Shown here: piece by piece, positions 10,676 through 20,580 of the stretch
Layout: every line of letters begins with the position of its first letter
Position numbering within the stretch: the stretch's first letter is position 1
Origin: Blastocatellia bacterium
GTDB lineage: Bacteria; Acidobacteriota; Blastocatellia; Chloracidobacteriales; JADJPF01
Direction of reading: 5' to 3'
DNA: 64,000 nucleotides
NCBI GenBank assembly: GCA_039812885.1
Contig: JBDIBI010000019.1
Span: 28,275 to 92,274 of the forward strand
Made by a program: the position numbers and the translations under genes
The notes under the pieces: generated by a model
Database searches by the model: none
The model's input: only the letters and a program-made list of their open reading frames with translations
Told to the model about the DNA's origin: nothing

Positions 10676-10686
10676 ATCCAAAGGTA

Positions 10687-12477
10687 TTATGGTTGATTAG
10701 TAAGTAATAATTTCCCACCAGATTCTTTTACCAAATGAAATTTATCTTCTCCCAATAATTTTTGTAACCGACCAAACGCAGGTGCTTCCACCAGCAAATA
10801 AAAGCGTTCCGTTTTTAGCCAAAGATCTTTAAATTCTTCATCATTAATAAATACATTTGGAGCTCCTGGAGCATATGAACCATAGGATAGATTTGTAACT
10901 CGTCCATTAAGTAGTAATGCTTGTTTAGGGTTAGTATAAAAAAATACTGTAGAGAAAACATAGTATTGGTTATCTACCACTAATTTTCCTGGAGGAGAGG
11001 CTTTAAGCGCTTCAGCTAAAGGGCGAGAACCTAGATAAGGCTCAAACACAATTAAGGCTTGGGTTGCAGCTTGAAAGAAAATCAACATCGTTACAGTTAA
11101 AAGAACAAAAGCTATGTTCCGATTCCTTTTAGCCCAATACATTGATAATAACCCAACAAAAGTGCTTATTAGCGCTAATACAAGAGGAAACCTTAGATAA
11201 GCAAAGGAATTAAGGTTTAAGTCCCCAAGATGTCCTAATGATAAGGTGTAGACATTATAAACATCTGAACTTTTAGCTAAAGCATTAGAAATATCACCTT
11301 TAGCTACTGAATTTCTTACCAAATAGAGAATAGCCAAAATTGCAATAGCTGAAATTCCAAACACTGTAGTGATAAGCCATCGACCAAATTTAGGCAACTC
11401 TTCCTTTTTACTTAAAGCTATTCCAATTAGTAGTGCTAAGGCTGGATAAATTGGCATTGAATAATATTCTTGTCTAGTTGAAAAACTAAAAAATCCCATT
11501 ACAACAGCTATCCAACATAGAGCTAGCAAAGAAAGTTTCTCAAGTCGGTTTTCTGGCTTTAGGCTAAATTTAAGCGTTTTTAGAGTTGGTAAAAATGCAC
11601 TCCCAGGAAAAAGCCAAAGCAGATTTAATAACCAGAAAGACACTATTGGAACAGTGTTATAATCATGTGGGAAACGTTTACCTAAAAATCTTAGAATATG
11701 TTCATTAAAAATATAAAACCAAAAAAATCCTCTATATTTTCCTGGCTCACTAACCATAGAAAATTCAAAGTATGGCGGATTACGTAAGGTTGCTAGGATA
11801 TGCCAAGGTAATGCTATTATCAAGATAATAGAGATAAATAACGGTAAATTAAGCTTCTTCCAAGTTTCTTTTTGAAATGCTTGTTTGGTTAGAAATAAAT
11901 ATAGCCCAGCTGTACCTAAAGGAAATACTATAGCTATAAATCCTTTCAGTAAAATGCCTAGGCCAATAGAGATAGCACCAGTTACAACCCAATAATTAGG
12001 GGATTTCTCATCATCTATTATTCCTAAAAATGACCATATAGCAGTAGTAATAGTTAGGGTAACTAACACGTCAGGAATTAAGAATCTTGTAAAAAGAAAG
12101 AGTCCAATAGAGCTTGTAATAATTAGGCCAGAGTAAAAGGCTGCTGTTTTTGAGTTTGTAACCCATAAAGCAAAACGAAATACTGCCCAACAAAGCCCAA
12201 CAATTGCTATGGCAACAGCTAAGCGTGCTACCCAATCATGAACACCAAAAACAATATATAGACAAGCCATCATCCAATATTTTAGAGGTGGTTTTTCTAA
12301 GTAAGCAATTCCATTAAGTTTAGCTGTGACCCAATCACCAGATTCAAGCATTGTTCTTGCAATTTGTGCTTGAACCGCATCCACATCATCCATTAAACCT
12401 GGGGGGGAAATACAAGCAGTAAGAAAAATAAAAGCAGCAAGAGCTATTACTATCCATTCATATTTGTCGATTTTCAT
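10687..12477 (-). CDS. ArnT/PMT-family (GT-C) membrane glycosyltransferase
   Basis: ARTMLESGDWVT..LNG..YLEKPPL.YW, LLKG, YYSMPIYPALALL; many TM helices. Confidence 0.9.
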   Translation of the reverse strand: MKIDKYEWIVIALAAFIFLTACISPPGLMDDVDAVQAQIARTMLESGDWVTAKLNGIAYLEKPPLKYWMMACLYIVFGVHDWVARLAVAIAIVGLCWAVFRFALWVTNSKTAAFYSGLIITSSIGLFLFTRFLIPDVLVTLTITTAIWSFLGIIDDEKSPNYWVVTGAISIGLGILLKGFIAIVFPLGTAGLYLFLTKQAFQKETWKKLNLPLFISIILIIALPWHILATLRNPPYFEFSMVSEPGKYRGFFWFYIFNEHILRFLGKRFPHDYNTVPIVSFWLLNLLWLFPGSAFLPTLKTLKFSLKPENRLEKLSLLALCWIAVVMGFFSFSTRQEYYSMPIYPALALLIGIALSKKEELPKFGRWLITTVFGISAIAILAILYLVRNSVAKGDISNALAKSSDVYNVYTLSLGHLGDLNLNSFAYLRFPLVLALISTFVGLLSMYWAKRNRNIAFVLLTVTMLIFFQAATQALIVFEPYLGSRPLAEALKASPPGKLVVDNQYYVFSTVFFYTNPKQALLLNGRVTNLSYGSYAPGAPNVFINDEEFKDLWLKTERFYLLVEAPAFGRLQKLLGEDKFHLVKESGGKLLLTNQP

Positions 12478-12557
12478 AAATTAATGTAAAGAAAGGGCTT
12501 ATCTTTGCCCATTATTAAAATCAATAAATTATAAAGAGAGTTAAATAAGTTATAAAG

Positions 12558-13718
12558 CTATTTAGTTTCAACAGGAATGAAACGACCGCCTTCAACAATA
12601 CGAAAACGGCGATCTCGCCAAGAAATTTCTCGTCCTAAAAACCCTCCAACCCAAGAAGCAAAACTTATAAGATCTTGAATTGGAACTAACCAAAGCCTTT
12701 TTAATACAGTTTTATCTTCTAGTAGAAAGAAACCAACTTTAATGGCTAAACATATTCTTAGTAATAAGGTCAACATTAGCAATGTTATAGCCCAATTGGG
12801 AGGTAGAAGAAACATTCCAATAAATGCCCATGATAGGCCATAAGTAAAACCTTGACCAATATAACCAGAAGGTCTTGAAAATCTTGTGCTGCGATTCCAT
12901 CTTAAACGATGCTTAAAGCTAGAATAAAAACCTGGAGAAGTAGCATGATGATTGATAATATGAGTAGATAGAACCACTTCTGACCCAGCAGAAGCAACCC
13001 AATTTCCTAAAACAAAATCGTCTGCTAGAAAATCTGCCATTGCTGCAAACCCACCTATTTGCTCTAAGTTTGATTTACGAATAGCCATTGAAGGGCCAAG
13101 GGTGAATTTCATTCCTTCTAACCATTCTGCAACAATAACTCCAGACATAAATTCAGTGCTCATCCCTAAAGCTTCAAGCTTTGACCAAAAATCATTGGCT
13201 CCAACACCACGATAAAGATTAGTTACTGCTCCTACACGTTCTGATGCAAATGCTGTAGCTAAAGCACTAAGGTAATCTTTGCAAACAGAAGTGTCACTAT
13301 CTGTAATTACCAAAATGTCAAATTTTGCTACTTTAGCCATTTGCTCTAGACTAAATACTTTAGCATTATTGTAAGAAGGGTTTTTAGCAATTATAAGTCT
13401 AGCTAAAGTATTAGGGTATTTTGCACTTAATGTTTCCACTATTTTAATTGCAGGATCATCTTCACTATGAACAGCAAAAATAAGCTCATATTTTGGATAA
13501 TCCAAAGTATAGAAGCTTTCCAAGTAGCTTTCTAAACCATCCTCAACTCCTTTTAGGGGTTTGAGGATACTTATGGGAATATTTTGAGGTTGGAAGTTGT
13601 TGGTTTTGCGCTTGTTAAGATAAACTCCTGCTATAATAGCAATGAAATAGTAAACCATTCCACCAATAATAATTATACCTATAGCAAGTTGTAAGACCAG
13701 TAGTGCCCATTCCAGCAT
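12558..13718 (-). CDS. hpnI: HpnI-like / ceramide glucosyltransferase-family GT2 (hopanoid side-chain glycosylation)
   Basis: ISILKPLKG, N.KV..L, ITDSD, FLADDFVLG, RLRWNR motifs. Confidence 0.75.
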   Translation of the reverse strand: MLEWALLVLQLAIGIIIIGGMVYYFIAIIAGVYLNKRKTNNFQPQNIPISILKPLKGVEDGLESYLESFYTLDYPKYELIFAVHSEDDPAIKIVETLSAKYPNTLARLIIAKNPSYNNAKVFSLEQMAKVAKFDILVITDSDTSVCKDYLSALATAFASERVGAVTNLYRGVGANDFWSKLEALGMSTEFMSGVIVAEWLEGMKFTLGPSMAIRKSNLEQIGGFAAMADFLADDFVLGNWVASAGSEVVLSTHIINHHATSPGFYSSFKHRLRWNRSTRFSRPSGYIGQGFTYGLSWAFIGMFLLPPNWAITLLMLTLLLRICLAIKVGFFLLEDKTVLKRLWLVPIQDLISFASWVGGFLGREISWRDRRFRIVEGGRFIPVETK

Positions 13719-13928
13719 AAATTTCTCTCCTACAATGGCTGACTAAATTTTTTTGTTTAGAGGAATTTGAGGCATGAAGAAAATTTTTAGCTTGGCTAGT
13801 ATATCAATGGAAAAAAACATTTCCAGCCATAGTGGTAGGTATTAAAAAAAGAAAGTTACTTAGTATTGCAAATTATTTCGCTTATATGTTACATTCGCTT
13901 ATACTTTGTATGTATTAGGTTAACATTT

Positions 13929-14684
13929 ATGTCAGAACAATTCTCAAAATTCAATATCCCGCAATTAGTTACGGAGGATGACACTCCTGTGGATAATATT
14001 TTTTCTGAAAAACAACAACGCTTGCTTACAGAGCCTCTTTATAGCAGTTGGAAACCAAATATTTCATTTCTTGCCACAGCTAATGTAGGGTTATTTAGTG
14101 ATATCTATCATGAACCAGTAGTTCCAGATATGTTACTTAGTCTAGATGTTGAAATTACGGAAAAAAATTGGCCTACAGAACAACGCTCTTATATGCTTTG
14201 GCAATTTGGTAAACCTCCTGATGTTGTTATTGAGGTTGTTTCCAACCGAATTGGTCAAGAAAATACCAAAAAAATGGAACGCTATGCTCGTATGCGTATT
14301 CCATATTATGTAATTTTTGATCCATTTCAGGAATTAAGTGATGATATTTTAAATGTTTATGCATTGTTAGATTTACGTAGGTATATAAAGTATCACCAAA
14401 ATTTTTTATCTGAAATTGGTTTGGGTTTGACTTTATGGGAAGGTACTTTTGAAGGCACTTCAGCTACTTGGTTGCGTTGGTGTGATGAGCAAGGGCACTT
14501 AATTCTTACAGGCGAAGAAAGAGCAGATCAAGAAAAAATACGTGCAGATCAAGAAAGGGTACGAGCAGATCAACTAGAACAAGAATTACAAAAAGCACAA
14601 CAACAATCTGCTCAAGAAAAAGAACAAATGGAAAAAATGGCTGCAAAGTTAAAAGCATTAGGCATTGATATTGATAAAATATAA
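13929..14684 (+). CDS. Uma2/DUF820 family PD-(D/E)xK endonuclease-like protein
   Basis: TEDDTPVDN, VPD, PPDVVIEVVS, YYVIFDP, WLRW; C-terminal (E)RADQE coiled-coil repeats; likely start ATG 13929. Confidence 0.9.
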   Translation: MSEQFSKFNIPQLVTEDDTPVDNIFSEKQQRLLTEPLYSSWKPNISFLATANVGLFSDIYHEPVVPDMLLSLDVEITEKNWPTEQRSYMLWQFGKPPDVVIEVVSNRIGQENTKKMERYARMRIPYYVIFDPFQELSDDILNVYALLDLRRYIKYHQNFLSEIGLGLTLWEGTFEGTSATWLRWCDEQGHLILTGEERADQEKIRADQERVRADQLEQELQKAQQQSAQEKEQMEKMAAKLKALGIDIDKI

Positions 14685-14693
14685 TTAGGCAGA

Positions 14694-15554
14694 CTATTTA
14701 GGTTTTCTTGCACTCATTAAAACATATTCCAACAAGCCTTTTTTAAATGCTTGAAATACTGCTATATCAATAATAAAACCAAGTCGTCCAGCAACAAAAC
14801 CACGAATTTTCCCAACAGCTTGTTTAACTTCTGGGCGGCTTTGTTCATAGTAATAACCTGGAATGGTTAATGCTCCAACTTCTTTAGCTGCAACATTTTC
14901 AAATCCTGCCCGTTTAAGTCTTTCTTTGTAAACTTCTATAGAATAGACATTATCATCAGGAACTTTCCAAAGTGAGCGTGCTGACTCAACAACAAGCTTT
15001 TCCATAAATGTTTTAGGTTCTTGTTTGAGTGTAAAATCACCAATGCTAATACCGCCACCAGGTTTTAACACACGAAAAGCTTCTTCTAAAAAAGTTTGTC
15101 TAGTATTGAAATGTTCTGCTGCTTCAATACTAATAACATTGGTAAAGTGTTGATTTGGAAAGGGTAATTTTATTCCACTTTCATGGTGAAAGTGGATTTG
15201 GTGACTACATTTATGAGTTTCTGCCCGTTTTCTAGCAATTTCAATATGTTTCCAAGTAACATCTAAGGCATCTATTTGTTTAACCTTAAACTTTTCTAAG
15301 ACATAAATATCTTGAGTTCCCATTCCACAACCAACATCAAGCAAATGGCTATCTTGGTTAACTCCAGCTAGTTCAGCCATTTGATAGACCATATTTTCAG
15401 CAGCTTCTTCATAGTTTTTTACACCTTCTTCCCAAAGGCCAAAATTTAAGTAGCCTTTGTGAAAGTCACCATAATTTTCTGCTCCCCAGCCATAAAATGA
15501 TTCAACCCTAGCTTCATGACTGCCTTTAACCCAAGTTTTTTTGTCTGATACCAT
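14694..15554 (-). CDS. SAM-dependent methyltransferase (EryG/McyJ/sterol-tocopherol MTase-like)
   Basis: YLNFGLW, LLDVGCGMG, SIEAAEHF..R..FL.EAFRVLKPGG. Confidence 0.85.
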   Translation of the reverse strand: MVSDKKTWVKGSHEARVESFYGWGAENYGDFHKGYLNFGLWEEGVKNYEEAAENMVYQMAELAGVNQDSHLLDVGCGMGTQDIYVLEKFKVKQIDALDVTWKHIEIARKRAETHKCSHQIHFHHESGIKLPFPNQHFTNVISIEAAEHFNTRQTFLEEAFRVLKPGGGISIGDFTLKQEPKTFMEKLVVESARSLWKVPDDNVYSIEVYKERLKRAGFENVAAKEVGALTIPGYYYEQSRPEVKQAVGKIRGFVAGRLGFIIDIAVFQAFKKGLLEYVLMSARKPK

Positions 15555-15570
15555 TATTTTTATAACCTAT

Positions 15571-16674
15571 TTATTCATAACTTAAAGCTACTACTGGATC
15601 TTGACGAGCAGCATAAATAGCTGGGTAGAGCGCTCCTATTACTGCTCCTAAAATACCTATTAAAGCTGTTATTAATAACCAATCCCACTCAAAAGTAACA
15701 TTCTGTAAACTAGTAAGTTTAATTAAGAGAAGTTTAGATGTAAAAGCTAATGCATAACCTAGTAAAACACCTATAACTCCAATAGCTAGAGCCTCTTTTT
15801 CTATAACCCAAATAATGAAAAGACTTGAAGCTCCTAGGCTTTTTAGAATGCCTATTTCTCTAGTTCTCTCAATAATTGCAGTATACATTGAGAGTAAAAT
15901 AACTAATGTGCTAATAAAAACAGATAGTGCAACAAGGACTTTTAAAAACACATCTAAAGCTGGGATTCCTTGAGAATAAAGGCGTGGCAAGTCTTTAGTA
16001 AAAATTATTTGAGTATCTGGAATTGATTCGCTAATTTTTTTTGCAACAGCTTGTTGATCAGTTCCTTCAGCACAACGAACTAAAAACATAGTACAACGGT
16101 CTTCTGCTGAAAGCATATTTTGGATCATTGATAAATGAACTTTAATATGTGATCCAACTGTAGGAGAAAAAATTCCAGATAGCTTAAAACTTTTATCTAG
16201 TGTTTTTACTTCATCTCCAAGTTTTAATTTACGTTCATTAGCATATTCTTCATCAACAATTACTTCTGTATCATTACTAGGAGCTTGTCCTTTAATTAAT
16301 TTCATACCAGTAGTTTGTGAATAGCTATCATAGACAATTCCTTCTGTAACACGAAACCCTATACCAGTGCCAGTATTTTGTATATATTGTGCTATTGGAG
16401 TAGCAGCCTTTACTCCAGCAATTTGCTGGATTTTTTCCACAGTTTTAACATCCATTGATAGAGTGTTAGAAACCAAGCCAGCAGTAAAACTACCAGCAGG
16501 ACGCACAATAATTTCTGCTGCCATATTGGATTCTCTAGCACCGCGATCTAGTAACATCCCATGTGAAAGACCTACAATCACTAAAATTAAGACTATTCCA
16601 ATAGATATGCCTATGGCTGTCATAAGAGTCCGCATAGGTCTGTGTGTAATATTGGCTAATACCAAGTTTTCCAT
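15571..16674 (-). CDS. ABC transporter permease, MacB/FtsX family
   Basis: N-terminal TM, periplasmic domain, ERTREIGILKSLGAS, YPA..AARQDPVVALSYE. Confidence 0.9.
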   Translation of the reverse strand: MENLVLANITHRPMRTLMTAIGISIGIVLILVIVGLSHGMLLDRGARESNMAAEIIVRPAGSFTAGLVSNTLSMDVKTVEKIQQIAGVKAATPIAQYIQNTGTGIGFRVTEGIVYDSYSQTTGMKLIKGQAPSNDTEVIVDEEYANERKLKLGDEVKTLDKSFKLSGIFSPTVGSHIKVHLSMIQNMLSAEDRCTMFLVRCAEGTDQQAVAKKISESIPDTQIIFTKDLPRLYSQGIPALDVFLKVLVALSVFISTLVILLSMYTAIIERTREIGILKSLGASSLFIIWVIEKEALAIGVIGVLLGYALAFTSKLLLIKLTSLQNVTFEWDWLLITALIGILGAVIGALYPAIYAARQDPVVALSYE

Positions 16675-16828
16675 TATAAAAATAACTCCTAAAGTATTTA
16701 TTAATTAAAGAATGAAGTAAAAAGACTTTTTTGCAATAAAATCAAATTTTTATTCTGAGAAAAAGCTAAATATTAAACCAGATAACCAACAGATCAAAAA
16801 TATATTAGGCAATTTGGCGATAAATGTT

Positions 16829-16929
16829 TTGCAGGATGGGGAATTTTTATATATACTTTTTTTCATTCAGTTCTAGATTTCTAGATAAAGCACTCGTAGC
16901 CAGCGGCTATTTAGGCTAGCTGGCTTTTT
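16829..16929 (+). promoter_or_regulatory. Putative sigma70 promoter followed by terminator-like hairpin in the leader of the ygfK-like gene
   Basis: TTGCAG-17-TATACT (16829-16857); AGCCAGC...GCTGGCT + T-run (16898-16929). Confidence 0.4.
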
Positions 16930-17054
16930 CCATTTCTAGTAAAAATTTTTCTTGTCAAACTAAATCAAAGATTTCTTTACCTAAAAATAACTATTTTGCA
17001 TATAATTGCGATTTGATAGTTAGCTAACATATTTATTTTAGGGGGTTTCTATCA

Positions 17055-19286
17055 TTGGTAGAACTTTACACTGTTGCTTTTCCTCGCTTGTTAAAAAGGA
17101 TTTTCCTAGAATACGAAAAAGAAGGGAAAATTTTTGACTTACCTAAAACTAAGTTTTATCAAAATGATGGCAAACTAGATTTTTCTGTGCAATTGCATGG
17201 ACTTCAAGCTGGCAACCCTGTAGGCCCAGCCGCAGGTCCTCAAAGTCAACTTGCTCAAAATCTTGTGCTTTCCTGGCTTGCAGGTGCAAGAATTATTGAG
17301 CTAAAAACAGTTCAAATTAATGATGAACTGAAAATTCCTCGCCCTTGTATTGATGCTACTAATGTTGGCTATAATGTTGAATGGTCACAAGAACTTAAGC
17401 TCCCAGTGTCTTTAGAAGAATATGTTGCAGGCTCAATGTTGATTGAAATTTTGCGCGAGGCAGAAATAATTCCAGGAACAAAAGGCAACTCGGGCAATAC
17501 AATTTATGATATGAGTGTGGGCTATGATCTAGCAGGTATTAAGTCATCCCAAGTCTGTCAATGGATGGCACAAATGCGTAATGCTACTGAAATCATAGAA
17601 CGCCTTAGAAAACAAATCCCTCCAGAATTTGCTAAATATAAAAATCTTGAGTTTAACCCTCAAATTAGTAATTCTATTACTCTTTCCACTTTTCATGGCT
17701 GTCCAGCTAATGAAATTGAAAAAATTGTAGAGTTTCTACTAGATGAACTAAATGTCCATACAATTATTAAAATGAATCCAACATTGCTAGGGAAAGAGGC
17801 TGTAGAATATTTGCTGCATGATCAGCTTGGTTATCAAGAAATTAAAGTAACTAAAGAGGCTTTTGACAAAGATTTACAGTTTGACCAAGCTCTAGAAATT
17901 TGTGATCGCTTAGGAAAATTAGCTGCTAAAAAAGGTAAAAAACTTGGAGCAAAGTTCTCTAATACTTTAGTAGTACGTAATCACCGAACTTTCTTTAAAG
18001 ATGAAGAAATGTATTTATCAGGTGCACCATTGCATGTAATTACACTTAACCTTGTCAAAAAGTTTCGAGAGGCTGTAGGTGATGATTTGCCAATTTCTTT
18101 CTCTGCTGGGATAGACCAAAATAATTTTCCTGATGCTGTTGCCCAAGGTTTTGTCCCAGTGACTACTTGTACAGATTTGCTTCGTCCAGGTGGTTATGGC
18201 CGCTTACCTGGCTACTTAAACCGATTAGCTCAAAAAATGCATTCTCTACAAGTAGACAATATTGGAGACTTTATTATTAAAGCTGAAGGCCATGCATCAA
18301 AAGCTATAAATACTGTACTCTCACAATTACCTGATCAGTTACCTAATAAATGGGAACATTTTAGTAGTGAACAACAAAAATTAATTAAACGTTGGTCTGA
18401 TAACACTATAGTTTTAATAGAAGAGGTATTAAGTAAAGGTAGTGAAGGAGAATTAGAGACAAAAGTATCTTTACAAGAGTTTTTTGTTAAGCAGGTTAGT
18501 AAGTTAGAGGAAGAGCTTAAAGCCAAGTATCCATTGATGGTTGGGGATGTTTTACCGACATTAGAAAATATATATCCTAACATAGTAAAACAGGCTAGTT
18601 GGTTAAACACACAGACTATAGTTCCACGCACTACAGTTGATGTGCGTTATAGTAAGCAAAAAAATTCTGCTGTACCAAAGAAAATAGGTTCTAAGTTATG
18701 GTTATATGATTGTATAAATTGTGATAAATGTATTCCTGTTTGTCCAAATGATGCTAATTTTGTCTATCAGTTAAAACCCTTAGAGGTAAACTGTACTCTT
18801 TATCAAATTAGTGAGCAAGGTATTAACTCTTTACCTAGCAAGACATTAAAAATAGATAAAGCTCATCAAATAGGCAACTTTGCAGATTTCTGCAATGAAT
18901 GTGGTAATTGTGATGTATTTTGTCCTGAGGAAGGTGGGCCTTATGTAGAAAAACCTCGTTTCTTTGGAACACTTCAAGCAATGAGACTTCATAGCAAGCA
19001 TGATGGATGCTATTTTGAGCGTACAGAAGCAGAGGATAAAGTTTATGGTAGATTTAATGAGCAAGAATATTTGTTAACTGTTGAAAGACAAGTAGATAAA
19101 GCTAGCTTTACTAATGGAAAAATCTTGCTATTGTTTGATCTTACAACAAATACATGTCAAAAAATAGAAGCGCTGAAAGAAGCTACAATAGGTGATAATA
19201 TAGATGACTACTACTATTACGTATTATCATCATTATTAGATGGAATTATGAATAGTGGAAAAGTTAATTATCTTAATATTTCTTAA
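17055..19286 (+). CDS. YgfK-like oxidoreductase (dihydroorotate-dehydrogenase-like barrel + 2x 4Fe-4S), lacking the GltD-like FAD module
   Basis: GPAAGP.SQLAQN, ELKTVQ, PRPCID...GYNVEWSQEL, STFHGCP, CINCDKCIPVCP and CNECGNCDVFCP; TTG start. Confidence 0.8.
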   Translation: MVELYTVAFPRLLKRIFLEYEKEGKIFDLPKTKFYQNDGKLDFSVQLHGLQAGNPVGPAAGPQSQLAQNLVLSWLAGARIIELKTVQINDELKIPRPCIDATNVGYNVEWSQELKLPVSLEEYVAGSMLIEILREAEIIPGTKGNSGNTIYDMSVGYDLAGIKSSQVCQWMAQMRNATEIIERLRKQIPPEFAKYKNLEFNPQISNSITLSTFHGCPANEIEKIVEFLLDELNVHTIIKMNPTLLGKEAVEYLLHDQLGYQEIKVTKEAFDKDLQFDQALEICDRLGKLAAKKGKKLGAKFSNTLVVRNHRTFFKDEEMYLSGAPLHVITLNLVKKFREAVGDDLPISFSAGIDQNNFPDAVAQGFVPVTTCTDLLRPGGYGRLPGYLNRLAQKMHSLQVDNIGDFIIKAEGHASKAINTVLSQLPDQLPNKWEHFSSEQQKLIKRWSDNTIVLIEEVLSKGSEGELETKVSLQEFFVKQVSKLEEELKAKYPLMVGDVLPTLENIYPNIVKQASWLNTQTIVPRTTVDVRYSKQKNSAVPKKIGSKLWLYDCINCDKCIPVCPNDANFVYQLKPLEVNCTLYQISEQGINSLPSKTLKIDKAHQIGNFADFCNECGNCDVFCPEEGGPYVEKPRFFGTLQAMRLHSKHDGCYFERTEAEDKVYGRFNEQEYLLTVERQVDKASFTNGKILLLFDLTTNTCQKIEALKEATIGDNIDDYYYYVLSSLLDGIMNSGKVNYLNIS

Positions 19287-19310
19287 TAAGTTAGAAAGAT
19301 AGGGAAATTA

Positions 19311-20558
19311 ATGACGACTAAACATATTAATCAACTTCGCTGTGTAAAATGTCAAACTGTTTATGGTTTAGAACAAGAATACACTTGTTCTAAGTGTGGG
19401 TTGGAAGGTGTATTAGACATTGAATATAATTATGATCTAGTAGCAGAGACGCTAAATAAAGACACTTTAGCCAATCGTGAGCTAAATCACTGGCGATACA
19501 AGGAATTATTACCTATAGCAGAGGATACGACTTTGCCACATCTTCAAGTAGGTTGGACACCTATTTATAACGCTCCTAAAATTGCAGCTGAAATAGGAGT
19601 AAAGACTGTTTATATAAAAGATGATGGCCGTAATCCTACAGCTTCTTTTAAAGATAGAGCTAGCTCTGTTGGAGTAGTAAAAGCAGTGGAAAAACACGCT
19701 AAAATTGTAGCTTGTGCTTCTACAGGTAATGCTGCTAGTTCTTTGGCTGGTTTTGCTGCTGCTATGGGGCTAAGAAGTATTATTTTTGTTCCTGAGCGTG
19801 CTCCAGAGCCTAAAATTACTCAATTGTTAATCTTTGGTGCTACAGTTTTGCGTGTTCAAGGTAGCTATGAACAAGCTTGGGCGCTTTGTCAAAAGGCTTG
19901 TGAACACTTTGGTTGGTATAATCGTAATGCAGCTGTAAATCCTTATTTAGTTGAAGGTAAAAAAACTGCTGGGCTAGAAATTGCTGAACAAATGGGAGAT
20001 AACATCCCAGATTGGGTAGTCTTTTCTGTTGGAGATGGTTGCACAATCGCTGGAGCTTGGAAAGGTCTTGTAGAGATGCATAAACTAGGATTTATTCCTC
20101 GTTTACCTCGTATGTTAGGCGTTCAAGCCATAGGTGCAAGCCCAATAGCTAAAGCCTTTCACACTAAACAAGATTTAGTTGTTTCTGATGCACATACCAT
20201 TGCTGATAGTATTTGTGTAGGTGAACCTAGAAATTGGCGCAAAGCTCTTAAAGCTATAGAAGATTCCAATGGTGAAATGATAGAAGTCAAGGATGAAGAC
20301 ATCCTTTCAGCTATGAGACTTGCTGCTAGAGGAGCTGCTGTTTTTGGTGAGCCTGCTGGAGTTGCTGCATTGGCTGGACTAGAACATGCCAAAATACATG
20401 GAATTGTTAAAGCTAATGAATCTGCACTAGTTGCTATTACTGGAAACGGATTAAAAGATGTTCAAACTGCTCGCCAAGCGGCTGGGCTTCCTATTTCTAT
20501 TGAGCCAGATATGGAACACTTAGAAAAACTGTTAGCTGAAAAATTGACTAGTGTATAG
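19311..20558 (+). CDS. thrC: Threonine synthase-like PLP enzyme
   Basis: NPTASFKDR PLP lysine, ASTGNAASS, EGKKT, SVGDG, ITGNGLKD; N-terminal Zn ribbon. Confidence 0.8.
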   Translation: MTTKHINQLRCVKCQTVYGLEQEYTCSKCGLEGVLDIEYNYDLVAETLNKDTLANRELNHWRYKELLPIAEDTTLPHLQVGWTPIYNAPKIAAEIGVKTVYIKDDGRNPTASFKDRASSVGVVKAVEKHAKIVACASTGNAASSLAGFAAAMGLRSIIFVPERAPEPKITQLLIFGATVLRVQGSYEQAWALCQKACEHFGWYNRNAAVNPYLVEGKKTAGLEIAEQMGDNIPDWVVFSVGDGCTIAGAWKGLVEMHKLGFIPRLPRMLGVQAIGASPIAKAFHTKQDLVVSDAHTIADSICVGEPRNWRKALKAIEDSNGEMIEVKDEDILSAMRLAARGAAVFGEPAGVAALAGLEHAKIHGIVKANESALVAITGNGLKDVQTARQAAGLPISIEPDMEHLEKLLAEKLTSV

Positions 20559-20580
20559 CTTAAGTATAAACCAATAGTTT

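Noticed and set aside
13929-14684. Uma2 nuclease as a defence system
   Set aside because: Solitary member of a commonly expanded family with no partner genes
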